From: Lachnospira sp. UBA2821
GTDB taxonomy: Bacteria > Bacillota > Clostridia > Lachnospirales > Lachnospiraceae
Assembly: GCA_002351535.1 (NCBI GenBank)
Contig: DEGR01000048.1
Span: 21,214 to 85,213, forward strand
Length of the DNA: 64,000 nucleotides
Reading direction: 5' to 3'
Both the position numbers and the translations under genes were made by a program. This document shows, in pieces, positions 18,346 to 30,811 of this stretch (the first letter of the stretch is position 1; every line of letters begins with the position of its first letter). The notes under the pieces were generated by a model. It was not told where the DNA came from, did no database searches, and was given only the letters and a program-made list of their open reading frames with translations.

Positions 18346-19941
18346 TTACCATATGTTACTTTCATATACAAGAATAGTGAATATGCCATGCTCAAGTATT
18401 TCCTCCGGCTCATCAAATATCTGTTTATCAACATAGTAATCGTTATACTCATCATTTGTAAGCACGATAAAGTATTTGTCATAATAAGGAGCATCTTCAT
18501 ACCAGTTATCGTTGCTCTGATATGACCTTTTATAATATGCATCATCATCTAACGTAATATCGCGTATCTTAACTTTTGAATCTGATAACAGTGTCGATAT
18601 GTTCGCATTCCAGAATGTGCCATATCCATAATGCAGGTCACTTTCCTCAAGATATTTTACAAGTCCCCTTATCTCGCCGTTATAATATGAATGTTTATCC
18701 AATGTGACCATACTGATAAATGTAATAATACAAAGACAAACCACCGGTATGCCTGCTATTAACACATTACGTTTCATCTTAATGTTTGACAATGCCCATT
18801 TCACAAATACGATACATACTATAACTGATGATATGACAACCGGTGACAGTCTCCACTCAGCACCATTCAATACACCAAACACCCAGCCAAGCATTATAAG
18901 AAGTGTCAGAAAGTGATGTGTCAGAAGCACAATTCTGTATAACTGTTCTTTAATCTTTTTATACAATAATAACATAATCACAGGCACTGTCATTATAACA
19001 ACAGCCGCAATTATTCTTAAAAGATTACATATTCCGGCAAATGAATATATAAGCATTCCGTCTTCAGTCTCAAATCCCAGCAGATTAATGAATGACGGAA
19101 CAACTTTAAAAAGATTATTCATCCACTCAGTTGAATCGGAAAATTTGGAATATCCTTCTGCGTATCCGGCAACAATATTTCCGTTTGCCAACTTTCCAAA
19201 TAGCAGTCCCATTATAACTCCAAGGCATATAACTCCAAGCAATATACCTCTCCGCACATTTACCTTATTCTTAACAGGCGTGTCATAGTCAAAAAATCTC
19301 TCAGCAACTATAGCTCCTATAACAGGAATACTAAACATAGTAAGTGACTGTACACCATTCATTGAACATAATGTTGTCCATACGAACAAAACAGCATACC
19401 CCTGCCACTTCTTTTTAAGTTCCATATCTTCTTTCTTTAATATCCACATTACTATTGCAAGTCCAATCATCAGGAAAAACAATCCGAGACTGTAATATAT
19501 TATATGTCCCCAGAATATCTCCCTCATTTTTTCACTTGCTGATGCTATATAAAGTATTACTATATTGCTTATCATTATCCATTTGTGATTACAGCCAAGC
19601 ATTTTGAAAAACAGACTGATTGAAAGCACAAACAATGCAAAAAATGTTACCATTCCCATAACCTGTGCTTTAACTGACACTCCAAACATTGCGACAAACG
19701 GAAGCATGATAAGATTGCCACCAAACGGTATGAGTGCTGCGTAGTTAAAATCCTGATTCATAAGCCTTCCTGCATCCAAAGAAGCCTGTGCCCACAGAAT
19801 TGAGTCTGTGCAATCCGAATGATAATAGCCTTTTTCCACGAACAATACATGTCTAAGTATAAACAATATTGCTGCATATCCTACTGCCATTATGACAATT
19901 CCTAATACAGATTTGAGAATATTAATTCTTTGCTGTTTCAT
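18346..19941 (-). CDS. Polytopic membrane protein, possibly GT-C-fold glycosyltransferase
   Basis: About 12 hydrophobic segments; acidic first loop (YHSDCTD); C-terminal soluble domain with GYGTFWNAN. Confidence 0.55.
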   Translation of the reverse strand: MKQQRINILKSVLGIVIMAVGYAAILFILRHVLFVEKGYYHSDCTDSILWAQASLDAGRLMNQDFNYAALIPFGGNLIMLPFVAMFGVSVKAQVMGMVTFFALFVLSISLFFKMLGCNHKWIMISNIVILYIASASEKMREIFWGHIIYYSLGLFFLMIGLAIVMWILKKEDMELKKKWQGYAVLFVWTTLCSMNGVQSLTMFSIPVIGAIVAERFFDYDTPVKNKVNVRRGILLGVICLGVIMGLLFGKLANGNIVAGYAEGYSKFSDSTEWMNNLFKVVPSFINLLGFETEDGMLIYSFAGICNLLRIIAAVVIMTVPVIMLLLYKKIKEQLYRIVLLTHHFLTLLIMLGWVFGVLNGAEWRLSPVVISSVIVCIVFVKWALSNIKMKRNVLIAGIPVVCLCIITFISMVTLDKHSYYNGEIRGLVKYLEESDLHYGYGTFWNANISTLLSDSKVKIRDITLDDDAYYKRSYQSNDNWYEDAPYYDKYFIVLTNDEYNDYYVDKQIFDEPEEILEHGIFTILVYESNIW

Positions 19942-21496
19942 GGTACTCCTCCTCTGTATTTACATTCCATATATTATCCCTCGATTTAACTCCTGATAAT
20001 ATGTTATCAACTGCCTCCATCGATGTAACCATTGAATGGTCCATGTTATTGTATCTGTGCTGTCCGTTTCTTCCAACACAGTAAAGATTATCTATCGTAT
20101 CAAGATATTCCCTTAATTCATCTATTCTGTCATATGTATCAAAATATGCCGGATATGCCTTTTTAATCTTTTCCCTGTGAGCATCCAAAACGTCTTTCTT
20201 AGATGTCAATACTCCCATTTTAATTAACTCTTCTGTTGCGAATTCTATACATTCATTATCCGTCATGTTCCAGAAGTTATCCCCTTCATTGCAAAAATAT
20301 TCGAGACCTATCCACACTTTATTCTCTGCATCTTTAACAAGATATGGGGACCAGTTATTGAATATCTGTATTCTTCCAAGCTTAACCCCTACATCCTGTA
20401 CATATATCCAGCAATCAGGAACTATATTATTAAGAGTCTTTATCTTTGTCTCATTTTTGAGGTTAAGTCTGTCAGCCAGAACACCTACTGTCACAAAGTC
20501 CCTATAAGGCAGACCTGCTGCAATCTCTTTTATATCTACAGGAACTGCATTGTCCATTCCTTCCACAAGGTCTTTTAAAGGCATTGATGAAATGTATATG
20601 TCAGCTTTTTTATTGATTGTCTGTCCATCCTGTACACAGTCTATACTGTCAACACATAAAGTACCATTATCAGAAGATACGTTAATTCCATTAACTTTAC
20701 AGTTCATAATAATGTTTCCGCCAAGCTTTTTGAATTCTTCTGCAGCCGTTTCCCATAGCTGTCCCGGACCATATTTAGGATACTGGAATTCTTCTATCAG
20801 TGATGTCTCAACCTTTCTGTTTTTGCTGCCCGGCGACAGTCTTGCGAATACATCTTTAATTATTGCAAGTATCGATAATCCTTTTACCCTTTGTGAACCC
20901 CAGTCTGCAGAAATAACATCCGGATGCCTTCCCCAGAGTTTTTCCGTATATCCTTCAAAAAACATGGAATATAATACTTTACCAAATCTGTTTATATAAA
21001 AGTTCTCAAGCGATGTTTCTTCCCTTTTATGAACATTTGCCGCAATGTAACTCACTCCGGCTTTCATCGTAGTAAACATTCCCATATTCTTAATGGTATC
21101 CCACTTCAGACTAACCGGATAATCAAAGAATTTCTTTTTGTAATATATTCTTGATACCCTGTTTCTTATAAGCATTACCCTGTCTTCTCTGTCAGGATCA
21201 GGACCACCTTGTGGCAGCTTCTTGTGTCTGTTAAGCATTCTGTCATCATATGAATCACTTCCCTGCACAGGCATCATATTATGCCACCACTCTGTCACTC
21301 TCTCATCTTTAGAGAAAAATCTGTGCCCGCCTATATCCATTCTGTTATCATTATATCTGACCGTTTTAGATATTCCGCCTATATCGCTGCTCTCTTCAAT
21401 AATAGTAACTTTATATTTTCCATCACCGCGGCTAAGCAGCTCATATCCTGCTGTAATTCCTGCAGGTCCCGCTCCTATTATAATTACTTCTTTCAT
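19922..21496 (-). CDS. FAD-dependent oxidoreductase, UDP-galactopyranose-mutase/HemY-like family
   Basis: [44 protein letters not shown]. Confidence 0.8.
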   Translation of the reverse strand: MKEVIIIGAGPAGITAGYELLSRGDGKYKVTIIEESSDIGGISKTVRYNDNRMDIGGHRFFSKDERVTEWWHNMMPVQGSDSYDDRMLNRHKKLPQGGPDPDREDRVMLIRNRVSRIYYKKKFFDYPVSLKWDTIKNMGMFTTMKAGVSYIAANVHKREETSLENFYINRFGKVLYSMFFEGYTEKLWGRHPDVISADWGSQRVKGLSILAIIKDVFARLSPGSKNRKVETSLIEEFQYPKYGPGQLWETAAEEFKKLGGNIIMNCKVNGINVSSDNGTLCVDSIDCVQDGQTINKKADIYISSMPLKDLVEGMDNAVPVDIKEIAAGLPYRDFVTVGVLADRLNLKNETKIKTLNNIVPDCWIYVQDVGVKLGRIQIFNNWSPYLVKDAENKVWIGLEYFCNEGDNFWNMTDNECIEFATEELIKMGVLTSKKDVLDAHREKIKKAYPAYFDTYDRIDELREYLDTIDNLYCVGRNGQHRYNNMDHSMVTSMEAVDNILSGVKSRDNIWNVNTEEEYHETAKN

Positions 21497-21517
21497 AACA
21501 ATCCTCTACCTTTTTAT

Positions 21518-23107
21518 TTAGTTTTTACCAAATTCTGATAAAACAAGTCCTTCATTTCGCTCTATAACCATTCCTACACTCCAACTGTTAATAAATAACA
21601 GTAACGGATTATCATGAAGATCTTTTATCTTCTTCATATCCGCTGTTCCGACAATTCTGTTAACGTCAATATCTTCGTTTTCTATCCATCTGATATGCTC
21701 ATATGGAAGCTGCTCTAATTTAATCTCCACATTGTATTCATTTTCAAGTCTGAACTTCAACACATCGAACTGGAGTACACCCACTACTCCGACTATTATT
21801 TCTTCCATTCCGGTATTAAATTCCTGAAATATCTGTATGGCACCTTCCTGTGCAATCTGTGAAATTCCCTTTATAAACTGCTTTCTCTTCATCGTATCAA
21901 GCTGTCTTACCCTTGCAAAATGTTCAGGTGCGAATGTCGGTATTCCCTCGTATGCAAACTTTTTGTTTGACAGTTCCAATGTGTCGCCGATTGAAAATAT
22001 TCCCGGATCAAATACACCTATTATATCTCCTGCATATGCTTCCTCAACTATATGTCTTTCCTGCGCCATCATCTGCTGTGGCTGTGAAAGCTTGACCTTC
22101 TTGCCTCCCTGAATATGATTAACTTCCATACCCGCATTGAATTTGCCTGAACATATTCTCATAAATGCAATTCTGTCTCTATGTGCCTTATTCATATTGG
22201 CCTGTATTTTGAATACAAATGCAGAAAAATCTTCTTCTACAGGGTCTATAATTCCCTGATCAGATTTTCTTGCAAGCGGTGGTGTTGTCATATTAAGGAA
22301 ATGCTGTAAAAATGTCTCTACCCCAAAGTTAGTAAGTGCCGAACCAAAAAATACAGGTGTAAGGTCTCCTGCCTGAACCTCTTCAAGATTAAACTCTGCA
22401 CTTGCTCCATCTAAAAGTTCAACATCTTCTTCTAATTTATCCCGGTTAAATTCACCTATCTCGTATAACAGTTCCGGTTCGTCAATTCCTATCGTCTTTG
22501 TATCAACTTCTTTTTGTCCGTTCATTGCAGCCTTAAACAAAGATACATTGCGGGACTGACGGTCATAGACACCTTTAAAATTCTTTCCTGAACCTATCGG
22601 CCAGTTAATTGGACATGTCTTAATTCCAAGAACATTTTCTATATCATCCAGAAGCTCAAATGGGTCATTGGCCTCTCTGTCCATCTTATTAATAAATGTA
22701 AATATAGGGATATGTCTCATTACACATACTTTAAAAAGCTTAATTGTCTGTTTCTCGACACCTTTAGAAGCATCAATTACCATTACTGCCGAATCCGCTG
22801 CCATAAGTGTTCTATAAGTGTCTTCCGAGAAATCCTCATGTCCCGGTGTATCAAGAATGTTAATACAGTAATTGTCATAATTAAACTGAAGTACAGAAGA
22901 AGTAACAGAAATACCTCTCTGTTTCTCTATCTCCATCCAGTCTGATACTGCATGTTTGGCTGTCTTTTTACCCTTAACAGAACCTGCCAGATTAATAGCT
23001 CCTCCATAGAGAAGAAATTTCTCCGTAAGTGTTGTTTTTCCTGCATCCGGATGGGATATAATTGCAAATGTTCTTCTTTTATTTATTTCATTTCTGATAT
23101 CACTCAA
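21518..23107 (-). CDS. prfC: Peptide chain release factor 3
   Basis: RRTFAIISHPDAGKTTLTEK, SDWMEIEKQRGISV, DTPGHEDFSEDTYR. Confidence 0.97.
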   Translation of the reverse strand: MSDIRNEINKRRTFAIISHPDAGKTTLTEKFLLYGGAINLAGSVKGKKTAKHAVSDWMEIEKQRGISVTSSVLQFNYDNYCINILDTPGHEDFSEDTYRTLMAADSAVMVIDASKGVEKQTIKLFKVCVMRHIPIFTFINKMDREANDPFELLDDIENVLGIKTCPINWPIGSGKNFKGVYDRQSRNVSLFKAAMNGQKEVDTKTIGIDEPELLYEIGEFNRDKLEEDVELLDGASAEFNLEEVQAGDLTPVFFGSALTNFGVETFLQHFLNMTTPPLARKSDQGIIDPVEEDFSAFVFKIQANMNKAHRDRIAFMRICSGKFNAGMEVNHIQGGKKVKLSQPQQMMAQERHIVEEAYAGDIIGVFDPGIFSIGDTLELSNKKFAYEGIPTFAPEHFARVRQLDTMKRKQFIKGISQIAQEGAIQIFQEFNTGMEEIIVGVVGVLQFDVLKFRLENEYNVEIKLEQLPYEHIRWIENEDIDVNRIVGTADMKKIKDLHDNPLLLFINSWSVGMVIERNEGLVLSEFGKN

Positions 23108-23124
23108 AACTTAATCCTCCAATT

Positions 23125-23790
23125 CTAATCACGTGATTCTATCATAATAAGCCTTCCACTCTTAAGACTTACCTCTGCTTCTTCATCTATTATCTCATTA
23201 CTTACACCAAGACTTAATGTTCCTTTTATAGTAAAATCATAATTTTTAAGCGGATATTTAAATCCTGTAAGTGTAATTTTCTCTACCACATCTGTAAGCG
23301 GCAGGAAGGAAACATACTTTCCAAACTGTTCATTCTTTTTAATAACATATTTATCATATATTATTCTTATTCTGTTGTTCTCATTAGTAATTACCGCTTC
23401 ACTGCATCTTCCCTCCATCATCTGAAGGGTGTGAATATTGGCAATCGTATGGTCTAACCTCGTTCCCGTTCCGCCAATTATCTCTATATAATCTGCCGAA
23501 AGTTCTATTGCCTTTTCTATTGCAGACTGCGTATCAGTCAGGTCCTTTTCGGGATTAAGTCTTATTATACTGACTCCATCGATTTGCGTATATTTCTTAA
23601 GTATGTCTTCCTCTATCGTATCGAAATCACCTACTATATAATCAGGCATAACTTCAAGCTTCATGGCGGACTTTAATCCACCATCGACTGCTATCACTAT
23701 ATCATAATTTCGTGTACTTATATATTTTTTGGTATATTCTATATCAATGTGTCCGCCACTGATTAATAATGCACTCTTTTTATTTTCCAT
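23125..23790 (-). CDS. thiN: Thiamine diphosphokinase
   Basis: [30 protein letters not shown]; start reassigned to MENKK at 23790. Confidence 0.92.
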   Translation of the reverse strand: MENKKSALLISGGHIDIEYTKKYISTRNYDIVIAVDGGLKSAMKLEVMPDYIVGDFDTIEEDILKKYTQIDGVSIIRLNPEKDLTDTQSAIEKAIELSADYIEIIGGTGTRLDHTIANIHTLQMMEGRCSEAVITNENNRIRIIYDKYVIKKNEQFGKYVSFLPLTDVVEKITLTGFKYPLKNYDFTIKGTLSLGVSNEIIDEEAEVSLKSGRLIMIESRD

Positions 23791-24430
23791 ATTTCTTAAA
23801 TGCTGCCACATTTGCTGCGGCATCTCCATTAAATACTGCTGAACCTGCAACTATAACATTTGCACCGGCGTTAATAACTTCAGATACGTTATTAAGGTTA
23901 ATTCCACCGTCAACCTCTATATCCGTCTTTAATCCCCTGCTCTCTATAATGCTTCTCAATTCTGCAATTTTTCTTGTTGAACTTTCAATATATTTCTGTC
24001 CGCCAAATCCCGGATTTACACTCATTATAAGAACCATATCAAGCTCTTCCAGAATGTAATCAAGTGCTGTGAGCGGTGTTGCCGGATTAAGAACAACCCC
24101 TGCCCTGCATCCCGCATCTTTAATTGCCTGTACAGTTCTGTTAAGATGACAGCATGCCTCCGCATGTACCGTAATTATGTCGGCTCCCGCATCTTTAAAT
24201 TCCTGTATATATCTCACAGGTTCTTCTATCATAAGATGAACATCAAATCCTTTGTCTGTACATTTCCTTATAGACTTAATAACAGGCATTCCAAATGATA
24301 TACTTGGAACAAATTTACCATCCATAACGTCTATATGAATATAATCTGCTCCTGCCTTGTCTACTGTTTTAACCTCTTCTCCAAGTTTTGAAAAATCTGC
24401 TGATAAAATCGATGGTGCTAAATAAATCAT
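23780..24430 (-). CDS. rpe: Ribulose-phosphate 3-epimerase
   Basis: [40 protein letters not shown]. Confidence 0.97.
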   Translation of the reverse strand: MIYLAPSILSADFSKLGEEVKTVDKAGADYIHIDVMDGKFVPSISFGMPVIKSIRKCTDKGFDVHLMIEEPVRYIQEFKDAGADIITVHAEACCHLNRTVQAIKDAGCRAGVVLNPATPLTALDYILEELDMVLIMSVNPGFGGQKYIESSTRKIAELRSIIESRGLKTDIEVDGGINLNNVSEVINAGANVIVAGSAVFNGDAAANVAAFKKYGK

Positions 24431-24432
24431 TT

Positions 24433-25320
24433 CTATCCTCCATATTGTTTCTTTCTGTTCTTTATTTCCTGAAGCATCTGAATATAATTATCATATCTTT
24501 TCTGACTTATCTTTCCCTCTGATAATGCTTCTTTTACCTTACAGTCAGGCTCATTTTCATGGATGCATCCGTTAAATCTGCATTTTCCCTCATACTTCCT
24601 GAATTCCGGGAAATAATCTTTAAGATATTCTTTGTCAAAATCATTTGTAAATAAAGATGTGAATCCCGGAGTATCCATTATATAGGTGTCCTCTCCAAGA
24701 TTAAATATCTCTGTGTGTCTTGTCGTATTCTTTCCTCTTCCAATTTTCTCACTTATATCTCCGGTCTCTGAATTTGCATCCGGAATAATAGCATTAAGCA
24801 TAGAAGATTTTCCGACTCCTGACGGACCCGCAAATGCCGTTGTCTTTCCTTCCAAAAGTCTCTTTACATCATCTACACCCGTTCCATTAAGTGTGCTTGT
24901 AAATATTACATGATACCCTGAATTAACATATATGTTCTTAAGTTGTAGCAGCTCATTATCATCGGCCATATCACACTTATTAAAACATATAATAACAGGT
25001 ATGTCCTGTCTCTCCATCATTACAAGAAAACGGTCCAACAGATTGATATTCGGATCTGGTCTCTTTACAGCAAAAACAACCAATGACTGATCTATGTTGG
25101 CAACTGCCGGTCTGATCAGTTCATTGGTTCTTTCAAGTATCTCTATAATATTACCCTTATAATCTTCCTGGCTGATAATATCTATTTCAACATTATCACC
25201 TACAAGCGGCTTTACTTTTTTATTCCTAAATGCACCTTTTGCTTTACATTCATAGATTCCACTATGTACTACATGTACATAGTAGAATCCAGCAATTCCT
25301 TTTATTATCTTTCCTTGCAT
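24433..25320 (-). CDS. rsgA: Ribosome small subunit-dependent GTPase A
   Basis: OB fold; NKCD; GPSGVGKSS; GKNTTR; DTPG; Zn site [14 protein letters not shown]. Confidence 0.96.
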   Translation of the reverse strand: MQGKIIKGIAGFYYVHVVHSGIYECKAKGAFRNKKVKPLVGDNVEIDIISQEDYKGNIIEILERTNELIRPAVANIDQSLVVFAVKRPDPNINLLDRFLVMMERQDIPVIICFNKCDMADDNELLQLKNIYVNSGYHVIFTSTLNGTGVDDVKRLLEGKTTAFAGPSGVGKSSMLNAIIPDANSETGDISEKIGRGKNTTRHTEIFNLGEDTYIMDTPGFTSLFTNDFDKEYLKDYFPEFRKYEGKCRFNGCIHENEPDCKVKEALSEGKISQKRYDNYIQMLQEIKNRKKQYGG

Positions 25321-25329
25321 ATAACACCT

Positions 25330-27648
25330 TTACTTGTAATTAACATCATAAGTATAAACAGGACTTGAAACATCATTTACATATATTTCTACACTGACAG
25401 CTCCCTTTGTATCTCTTTCCGGAAGGTCTAATGTCCACGAATCCGGCCAGTTAGCAACATCTGAATATTTCGCATCAAAGCTGTCATAGAAACTTCCGTC
25501 TACTTTTATTACTACAGTTCCTGAATAATTACCATTATCATCAGGTGTAAGCTGTTTTGTAATATCTTTCTTTCTGATGTTAACTGAAGCTGAATACATT
25601 GTAGGCTCTGTTGGCTGCTGTCCAAGGCTTATTGTATAATTTACTGATGTTCCTGAAGCAACGGTTGTGTTGGCATCCACTGACTGTCCGCATATCTGTC
25701 CTTCACCGGCCTTGTCACTGTATACTTCACCGGTCTTGCTTCCAAGTGAAAGTCCGTTAGCTTCAAGTGCTGATTTTGCCTCTGACACAGAATTTCCTGT
25801 AAGGTCAGGCACTACGCATTTTGGCTCAGCTCCATCACTTATGACTACATTTACTGAACTTCCTGAAGGAAGTTTCTCATTCTCTTTTACATCCTGACTT
25901 ATTATAAGTCCGGCTGATACTGACTCATCGTATCTGTGCTCAACATTTCCAAGTACAAGATTGTTATTCTTAAGTGATGTTCTTGCAGCATCCTCAGTAA
26001 GTCCTACGATTGATGGAACAAGTGCATCTGTTGATGATGCATTTCCTTTGCTTACTACAAGTGTAATTGTATCACCATATTTTATCTGCTGTGGTGGTGC
26101 AGGTGTTGTACTTATTACAACATCCATTTCCACTGATGAATCTTCCTGATACTTAGTATCATAAGTAAGGTTAAGATTCAGCTTGTTAAGTTCTTCTATA
26201 GCCTCTTCTTTTGTCTTTCCGACAAGGTCTGAAGGCATATCCATAAGCTGCGCACCTTCACTTATCTGAAGCTTGATTGTTGTATTCTTCTCAACTACTG
26301 TTCCATATTCAACTGATGCGGATATTACATATCCTGCTGCAACTGTATTGCTACTCTGCTTCTCTGTCTGATATCCAAGGTGTGCATCATTAAGAATCTT
26401 AATAGCCTCTTCCTCTGTCTTATCTGTAAGGTCAGGCATAAGAACGTGATTTGCATCAAGAGTTGTTTCTTTCTCTGTCGTTTTCTTATCATCTTTCTTT
26501 CCGCCGCCTAAACCGTTTTTGAATATTGATACTCCGAGGAATATCGCAACTGCAAGAATGAGTACACCTGTAACAATACCACCTATCGCAACAATTTTGT
26601 CAAGTTTTGGATTCTCTTCTTCATCTTCTTCTTCAGAATCATCCACGTCATTTATGGCATTTGTTTCATTTTCTAATGATGACAATTCTGCTGTATCATC
26701 ATCTATAAGATCTTCCTGAACTTCGTCAGAACCACTTATCTCTCTTCTTATAAGTGCAACATCCTCGTCAGATATCATAACTGTAGCCTGATTATTTGCC
26801 ACAGGTGCCATCTGCACAAAGTCTTCATCAGGTGATATTAATGATCTCTTAAGATCTGCTATAAGAGATGATACTTTAAGGTATCTTCTGTCTGCCTTCT
26901 TCTGGGTACATTTTTCAATTATTTTCTCAACACTTATTGGTAAATCAGGTGCAAATTCCTTAGCAGGCGGAATCTCACCCTGTATGTGCTGTAATGCTAT
27001 AGTTACGGTAGTATCTCCCTCAAACGGAACTCTTCCCGTAATCATCTCATAAAGTGTAATACCTAATGAGTAAATATCACTTTTCTCATCTATAAATCCA
27101 CCTCTTGCCTGCTCCGGTGAAATATAGTGAACTGAACCCATTGCATTAGAATTAATAGTATTAGCTGATGCAGCTCTGGCAATACCAAAGTCTGTAACTT
27201 TTACTTTTCCTTCTCTTGATATAATGATATTCTGTGGTTTTATATCTCTATGAATTATATGATTATTATGTGCAGCTTCTATTCCCTGTGCCACCTGTAT
27301 GGCTATACTTACTGCCTCTTTAACAGAAAGTTTCCCCTTTTTTTCGATGTATTTTTTCAGTGTTATTCCTTCAACAAGCTCCATTACAATGTAATGAAGT
27401 CCATTATCTTCACCTACGTCAAACACACTGACTATATTAGGATGTGCCAGCCCTGCTGCCGACTGTGCCTCAACTTTGAACTTAGACACGAAATTCTTAT
27501 CCTCGCTAAATTCAGGCTTTAACACTTTAATTGCCACATAACGGTTTAACTTATGGCATTTGGCCTTATATACATCTGACATTCCGCCAGAGCCAACTTT
27601 ATCAATTATCTCATAGCGATCGCTAATGAACATTCCTTTTCTTAACAT
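25330..27648 (-). CDS. pknB: PASTA-domain Ser/Thr protein kinase (Stk1/PknB)
   Basis: GSGGMSDVY, HRDIKPQN, DFG; one TM; four PASTA repeats. Confidence 0.95.
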   Translation of the reverse strand: MLRKGMFISDRYEIIDKVGSGGMSDVYKAKCHKLNRYVAIKVLKPEFSEDKNFVSKFKVEAQSAAGLAHPNIVSVFDVGEDNGLHYIVMELVEGITLKKYIEKKGKLSVKEAVSIAIQVAQGIEAAHNNHIIHRDIKPQNIIISREGKVKVTDFGIARAASANTINSNAMGSVHYISPEQARGGFIDEKSDIYSLGITLYEMITGRVPFEGDTTVTIALQHIQGEIPPAKEFAPDLPISVEKIIEKCTQKKADRRYLKVSSLIADLKRSLISPDEDFVQMAPVANNQATVMISDEDVALIRREISGSDEVQEDLIDDDTAELSSLENETNAINDVDDSEEEDEEENPKLDKIVAIGGIVTGVLILAVAIFLGVSIFKNGLGGGKKDDKKTTEKETTLDANHVLMPDLTDKTEEEAIKILNDAHLGYQTEKQSSNTVAAGYVISASVEYGTVVEKNTTIKLQISEGAQLMDMPSDLVGKTKEEAIEELNKLNLNLTYDTKYQEDSSVEMDVVISTTPAPPQQIKYGDTITLVVSKGNASSTDALVPSIVGLTEDAARTSLKNNNLVLGNVEHRYDESVSAGLIISQDVKENEKLPSGSSVNVVISDGAEPKCVVPDLTGNSVSEAKSALEANGLSLGSKTGEVYSDKAGEGQICGQSVDANTTVASGTSVNYTISLGQQPTEPTMYSASVNIRKKDITKQLTPDDNGNYSGTVVIKVDGSFYDSFDAKYSDVANWPDSWTLDLPERDTKGAVSVEIYVNDVSSPVYTYDVNYK

Positions 27649-27651
27649 ACC

Positions 27652-28386
27652 TTACACCTCATCGTGATTTAGTCTGACAAGTAAAACAGAAATATTATCC
27701 TTGCCACCATTATTATTTGCTGTATCTACAAGCTTATGTGCCGTCAATTCCAGTTCTTCACCTTCATTGATTATATTCTTGATATCCTCGTCCTCCACCA
27801 TATTGGTCAGTCCGTCTGAACACATAAGAATAACATCCCCTGCAGAATACTCTATTTCAAAATAATCGGCAACAAGCTCTGAATCCGCACCTATTGCCCT
27901 TGTAATTATATTCTTTTTCTCATGAGTTCTTGCACTCTTCTTATCTAATTCTCCCATATTAACCATTTCTGCAACAAGTGAATGGTCTCTGGTTATCTGC
28001 TGTATATCTTCATTTACCAGATATAATCTGCTGTCGCCAACATTTGCTATGTATATTGAATCTCCAATTACTGTTGCAACAACCAGGGTAGTTCCCATCC
28101 CTTTCATTTCTACATTCTCAGATGCTTTGTCAATTAGTGCCATATTAGCAAAATTAACAGCTTCATCTATTATAGAAATAGGATTCTCTTCTCTGGAATT
28201 ACGAACGGTATCAGTAAATGCTTCTACCGTAAACCGTGAAGCAAAATCACCTGCCCTGTGTCCTCCCATTCCATCCGCAACTATATACAGATTTGGGAGA
28301 TTCCCGACCGGCTCATCAGAAGAAAAAACAAAATCCTGATTTGATTTTCTCTTGATGCCTACATCGGTTATTGCATATGACTTCAA
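27652..28386 (-). CDS. stp: PP2C Ser/Thr phosphatase (Stp1/PrpC)
   Basis: VADGMGGH, GMGTT, NVGDSR, CSDGL, GGKDNIS. Confidence 0.94.
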   Translation of the reverse strand: MKSYAITDVGIKRKSNQDFVFSSDEPVGNLPNLYIVADGMGGHRAGDFASRFTVEAFTDTVRNSREENPISIIDEAVNFANMALIDKASENVEMKGMGTTLVVATVIGDSIYIANVGDSRLYLVNEDIQQITRDHSLVAEMVNMGELDKKSARTHEKKNIITRAIGADSELVADYFEIEYSAGDVILMCSDGLTNMVEDEDIKNIINEGEELELTAHKLVDTANNNGGKDNISVLLVRLNHDEV

Positions 28387-28416
28387 GATGTTACCTCCTT
28401 TTCTCTCTGTTCTTTT

Positions 28417-29454
28417 CTAATTCTCATCCATGTAACGTTTTCTCAACTGTCCACAGGCTCCGTCAATGTCACGTCCCATCTCTCTTCTGACTGTAACATT
28501 AATACCATAACTTTCAAGCCTGTATTTAAAATTTATAACAGCCCTTTTATCTGACTGCCTGTAATCCCTCTCTTTTATCGGGTTAACAGGAATCAGATTC
28601 ACATGTCCATGCATATCTTTAAGAAGCGTTCCAAGTCTGTCTGCCTCCTCCCGGGTATCATTAACACCTGCAACAAGACTGTATTCAAATGTCACTCTTC
28701 TACCAGTCTTCCTAAAATAATATGTGCATGTGTCAAGTATCTCTCTTATTGTATACCTGTTTGCTATAGGCATCAGACTCCTTCTCGTCTCATCATCTGA
28801 TGCATGAAGCGACAGTGCAAGCGTTATCTGAAACTCTTCATCCGCAAGCCTTTTTATATTATCAATAAGCCCACATGATGATATTGTAATATTTCTTTGA
28901 CTAATATGCAAGCCATTTTCATCTGTTATCATCCTGACAAACTTTACGACATTATCATAATTGTCCATAGGCTCACCTGTTCCCATCAGAACTATATTCG
29001 AAATTCTCTCTCCTATATTACTCTGTATTCTATATATTTCATCTAACATTTCTGATGTTGTAAGGCATCTTTCAAGACCATCAAGTGTGGAGGCACAGAA
29101 TCTGCAGCCCATTCTGCAGCCTACCTGGGTTGATATGCATACAGAATTGCCAAACTTATATCTCATAAGAACACTCTCTATAACATTTCCATCTGACAAT
29201 TTGAACAGATACTTCCGGGTTCCATCTATCTTTGAAGTAAGAACCTCTGCTGCTTCGAGTTTTGTTATATAACACTCTCTTTTAAGTGTATCTCTTAATT
29301 TTTTAGGAATGTTACTCATGTCATCAAAATCCGTAACCAGCTTCTGATGAAGCCATTCATATATCTGTTTAGCCCTGAACTTTTTCTCTCCGGCTGATTC
29401 TATATATTCGCATAATTCCTGCATATTCATTGACTTAATATCTATATTATTCAT
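28417..29454 (-). CDS. rlmN: Dual-specificity RNA methyltransferase (radical SAM)
   Basis: CISTQVGCRMGCRFC; MGTGEP; DIDGACGQL. Confidence 0.96.
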   Translation of the reverse strand: MNNIDIKSMNMQELCEYIESAGEKKFRAKQIYEWLHQKLVTDFDDMSNIPKKLRDTLKRECYITKLEAAEVLTSKIDGTRKYLFKLSDGNVIESVLMRYKFGNSVCISTQVGCRMGCRFCASTLDGLERCLTTSEMLDEIYRIQSNIGERISNIVLMGTGEPMDNYDNVVKFVRMITDENGLHISQRNITISSCGLIDNIKRLADEEFQITLALSLHASDDETRRSLMPIANRYTIREILDTCTYYFRKTGRRVTFEYSLVAGVNDTREEADRLGTLLKDMHGHVNLIPVNPIKERDYRQSDKRAVINFKYRLESYGINVTVRREMGRDIDGACGQLRKRYMDEN

Positions 29455-30811
29455 CTGTCATCCTCTTTTTGAATCTGGAAATAAAAAATCCATCCATATC
29501 ATTTTCTCCGTTAAAATATTGTATATACCCTTTTTTTGCGGTTTCATGATACATTTTTTCAGGAATAAACTTCTCAAACGATTCCGCATCAAATGGCAGA
29601 TTTTCAAGTATCCATTTTACATTTTCATTATTTTCTATAGTATTAACCGTACATGTACTGAATATAAGTGTTCCCCCCGGTTTTACATATGATGAAACAA
29701 CGTTTAGGATATCTCTTTGTATTTTTGCAAGATTCTCTATATCCTGCATTGTTGTTTTATACTTTATGTCATTTTTCCTGCCGATAACACCAAGTCCTGA
29801 ACATGGGAGGTCTGCTATTACTATATCTGCACCTTCATAAAGACTTTTATCAGTTACAGTAGCATCCCACACCTGACATTCAACATTGTTAAAGCCACAT
29901 CTTTCTATATTCTCACGTATTCTGTTGACTTTGCCTTCAGATATATCCCTTGCTATTACACTTCCTGTTCCATTAAGCATATCCGCTATATGTATTGTCT
30001 TTCCTCCGGGTGCTGCGCACACATCTATACATACATTATTCTTATGTGGGTCTGCTACAATTCCGACAAGCATCGAACTTACATCCTGAACCTGAATATA
30101 ACCTTTCCTGAACGCACTTATTTTGTCTACCGTGTCATATCCGCTTATGCAAAATGCCCCATTAACTTCTTCTATTCTTTCATAGATTATTCCATCTTCT
30201 TCAAATTCGCTAAAAAGCTGTTCTTCCGTCACTTTGGAACTATTCATTCTCACAGTGACACTGCTTTCCTTTTGTGACGCAATAATCATGCTCTCTGTCT
30301 TTTCCCTGCCATATTCTTCACTCCACATGTTGATAATCCATTCTGGAACAGAATACACAATAGACATATATCTGACAAAATCCTTATTCTTATCAGGATA
30401 AACAACTTTCGAAGGCTCTCTGAAATAGCTTCTTAGCACTGCATTTACAAATCCCTTAAGACTTGAGAATCCTCTTTTCGCCGCAAGCTTAACCGCTTCA
30501 TTGCATATCGCACTCTGTGGGACACTGTCCATATATTTTGCCTGATACACCGATATACGCATTATATTTCTTATAACCGGCTTCATCTTTTTCACTTTAA
30601 CTTTAGAAAAGGTATCTATAATATAGTCAAGCTCTATACATTTTTCTATAGTACCCTGTGCTATCCTCACTATAAATCCACGTTTCTGTCTGTCAAGTGA
30701 CATAAGTTTATCAAGCTTATCCTTAATAACCACATGACTAAGCTTCTGCTTTTCCATTACTTCAATCACAATATCCAGTGCCACAGCTCTCGGGTTGATA
30801 TTATCAGTCAC
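29447..30811 (-). CDS. rsmB: 16S rRNA m5C967 methyltransferase
   Basis: NusB-like N-terminus; DVCAAPGGKT, DLPCSGLG, FSTCT. Confidence 0.95.
   Translation of the reverse strand: MTDNINPRAVALDIVIEVMEKQKLSHVVIKDKLDKLMSLDRQKRGFIVRIAQGTIEKCIELDYIIDTFSKVKVKKMKPVIRNIMRISVYQAKYMDSVPQSAICNEAVKLAAKRGFSSLKGFVNAVLRSYFREPSKVVYPDKNKDFVRYMSIVYSVPEWIINMWSEEYGREKTESMIIASQKESSVTVRMNSSKVTEEQLFSEFEEDGIIYERIEEVNGAFCISGYDTVDKISAFRKGYIQVQDVSSMLVGIVADPHKNNVCIDVCAAPGGKTIHIADMLNGTGSVIARDISEGKVNRIRENIERCGFNNVECQVWDATVTDKSLYEGADIVIADLPCSGLGVIGRKNDIKYKTTMQDIENLAKIQRDILNVVSSYVKPGGTLIFSTCTVNTIENNENVKWILENLPFDAESFEKFIPEKMYHETAKKGYIQYFNGENDMDGFFISRFKKRMTDE

Noticed and set aside
18303-18548. 81-aa minus-strand ORF overlapping the membrane-protein 3' end and vanZ start
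   Set aside because: Alternative-frame overlap with a longer gene, no SD and no recognisable motif.
23791-23850. N-terminal extension of thiN given by the ORF track
   Set aside because: It overlaps the rpe coding region; homology starts at MENKK (23790).
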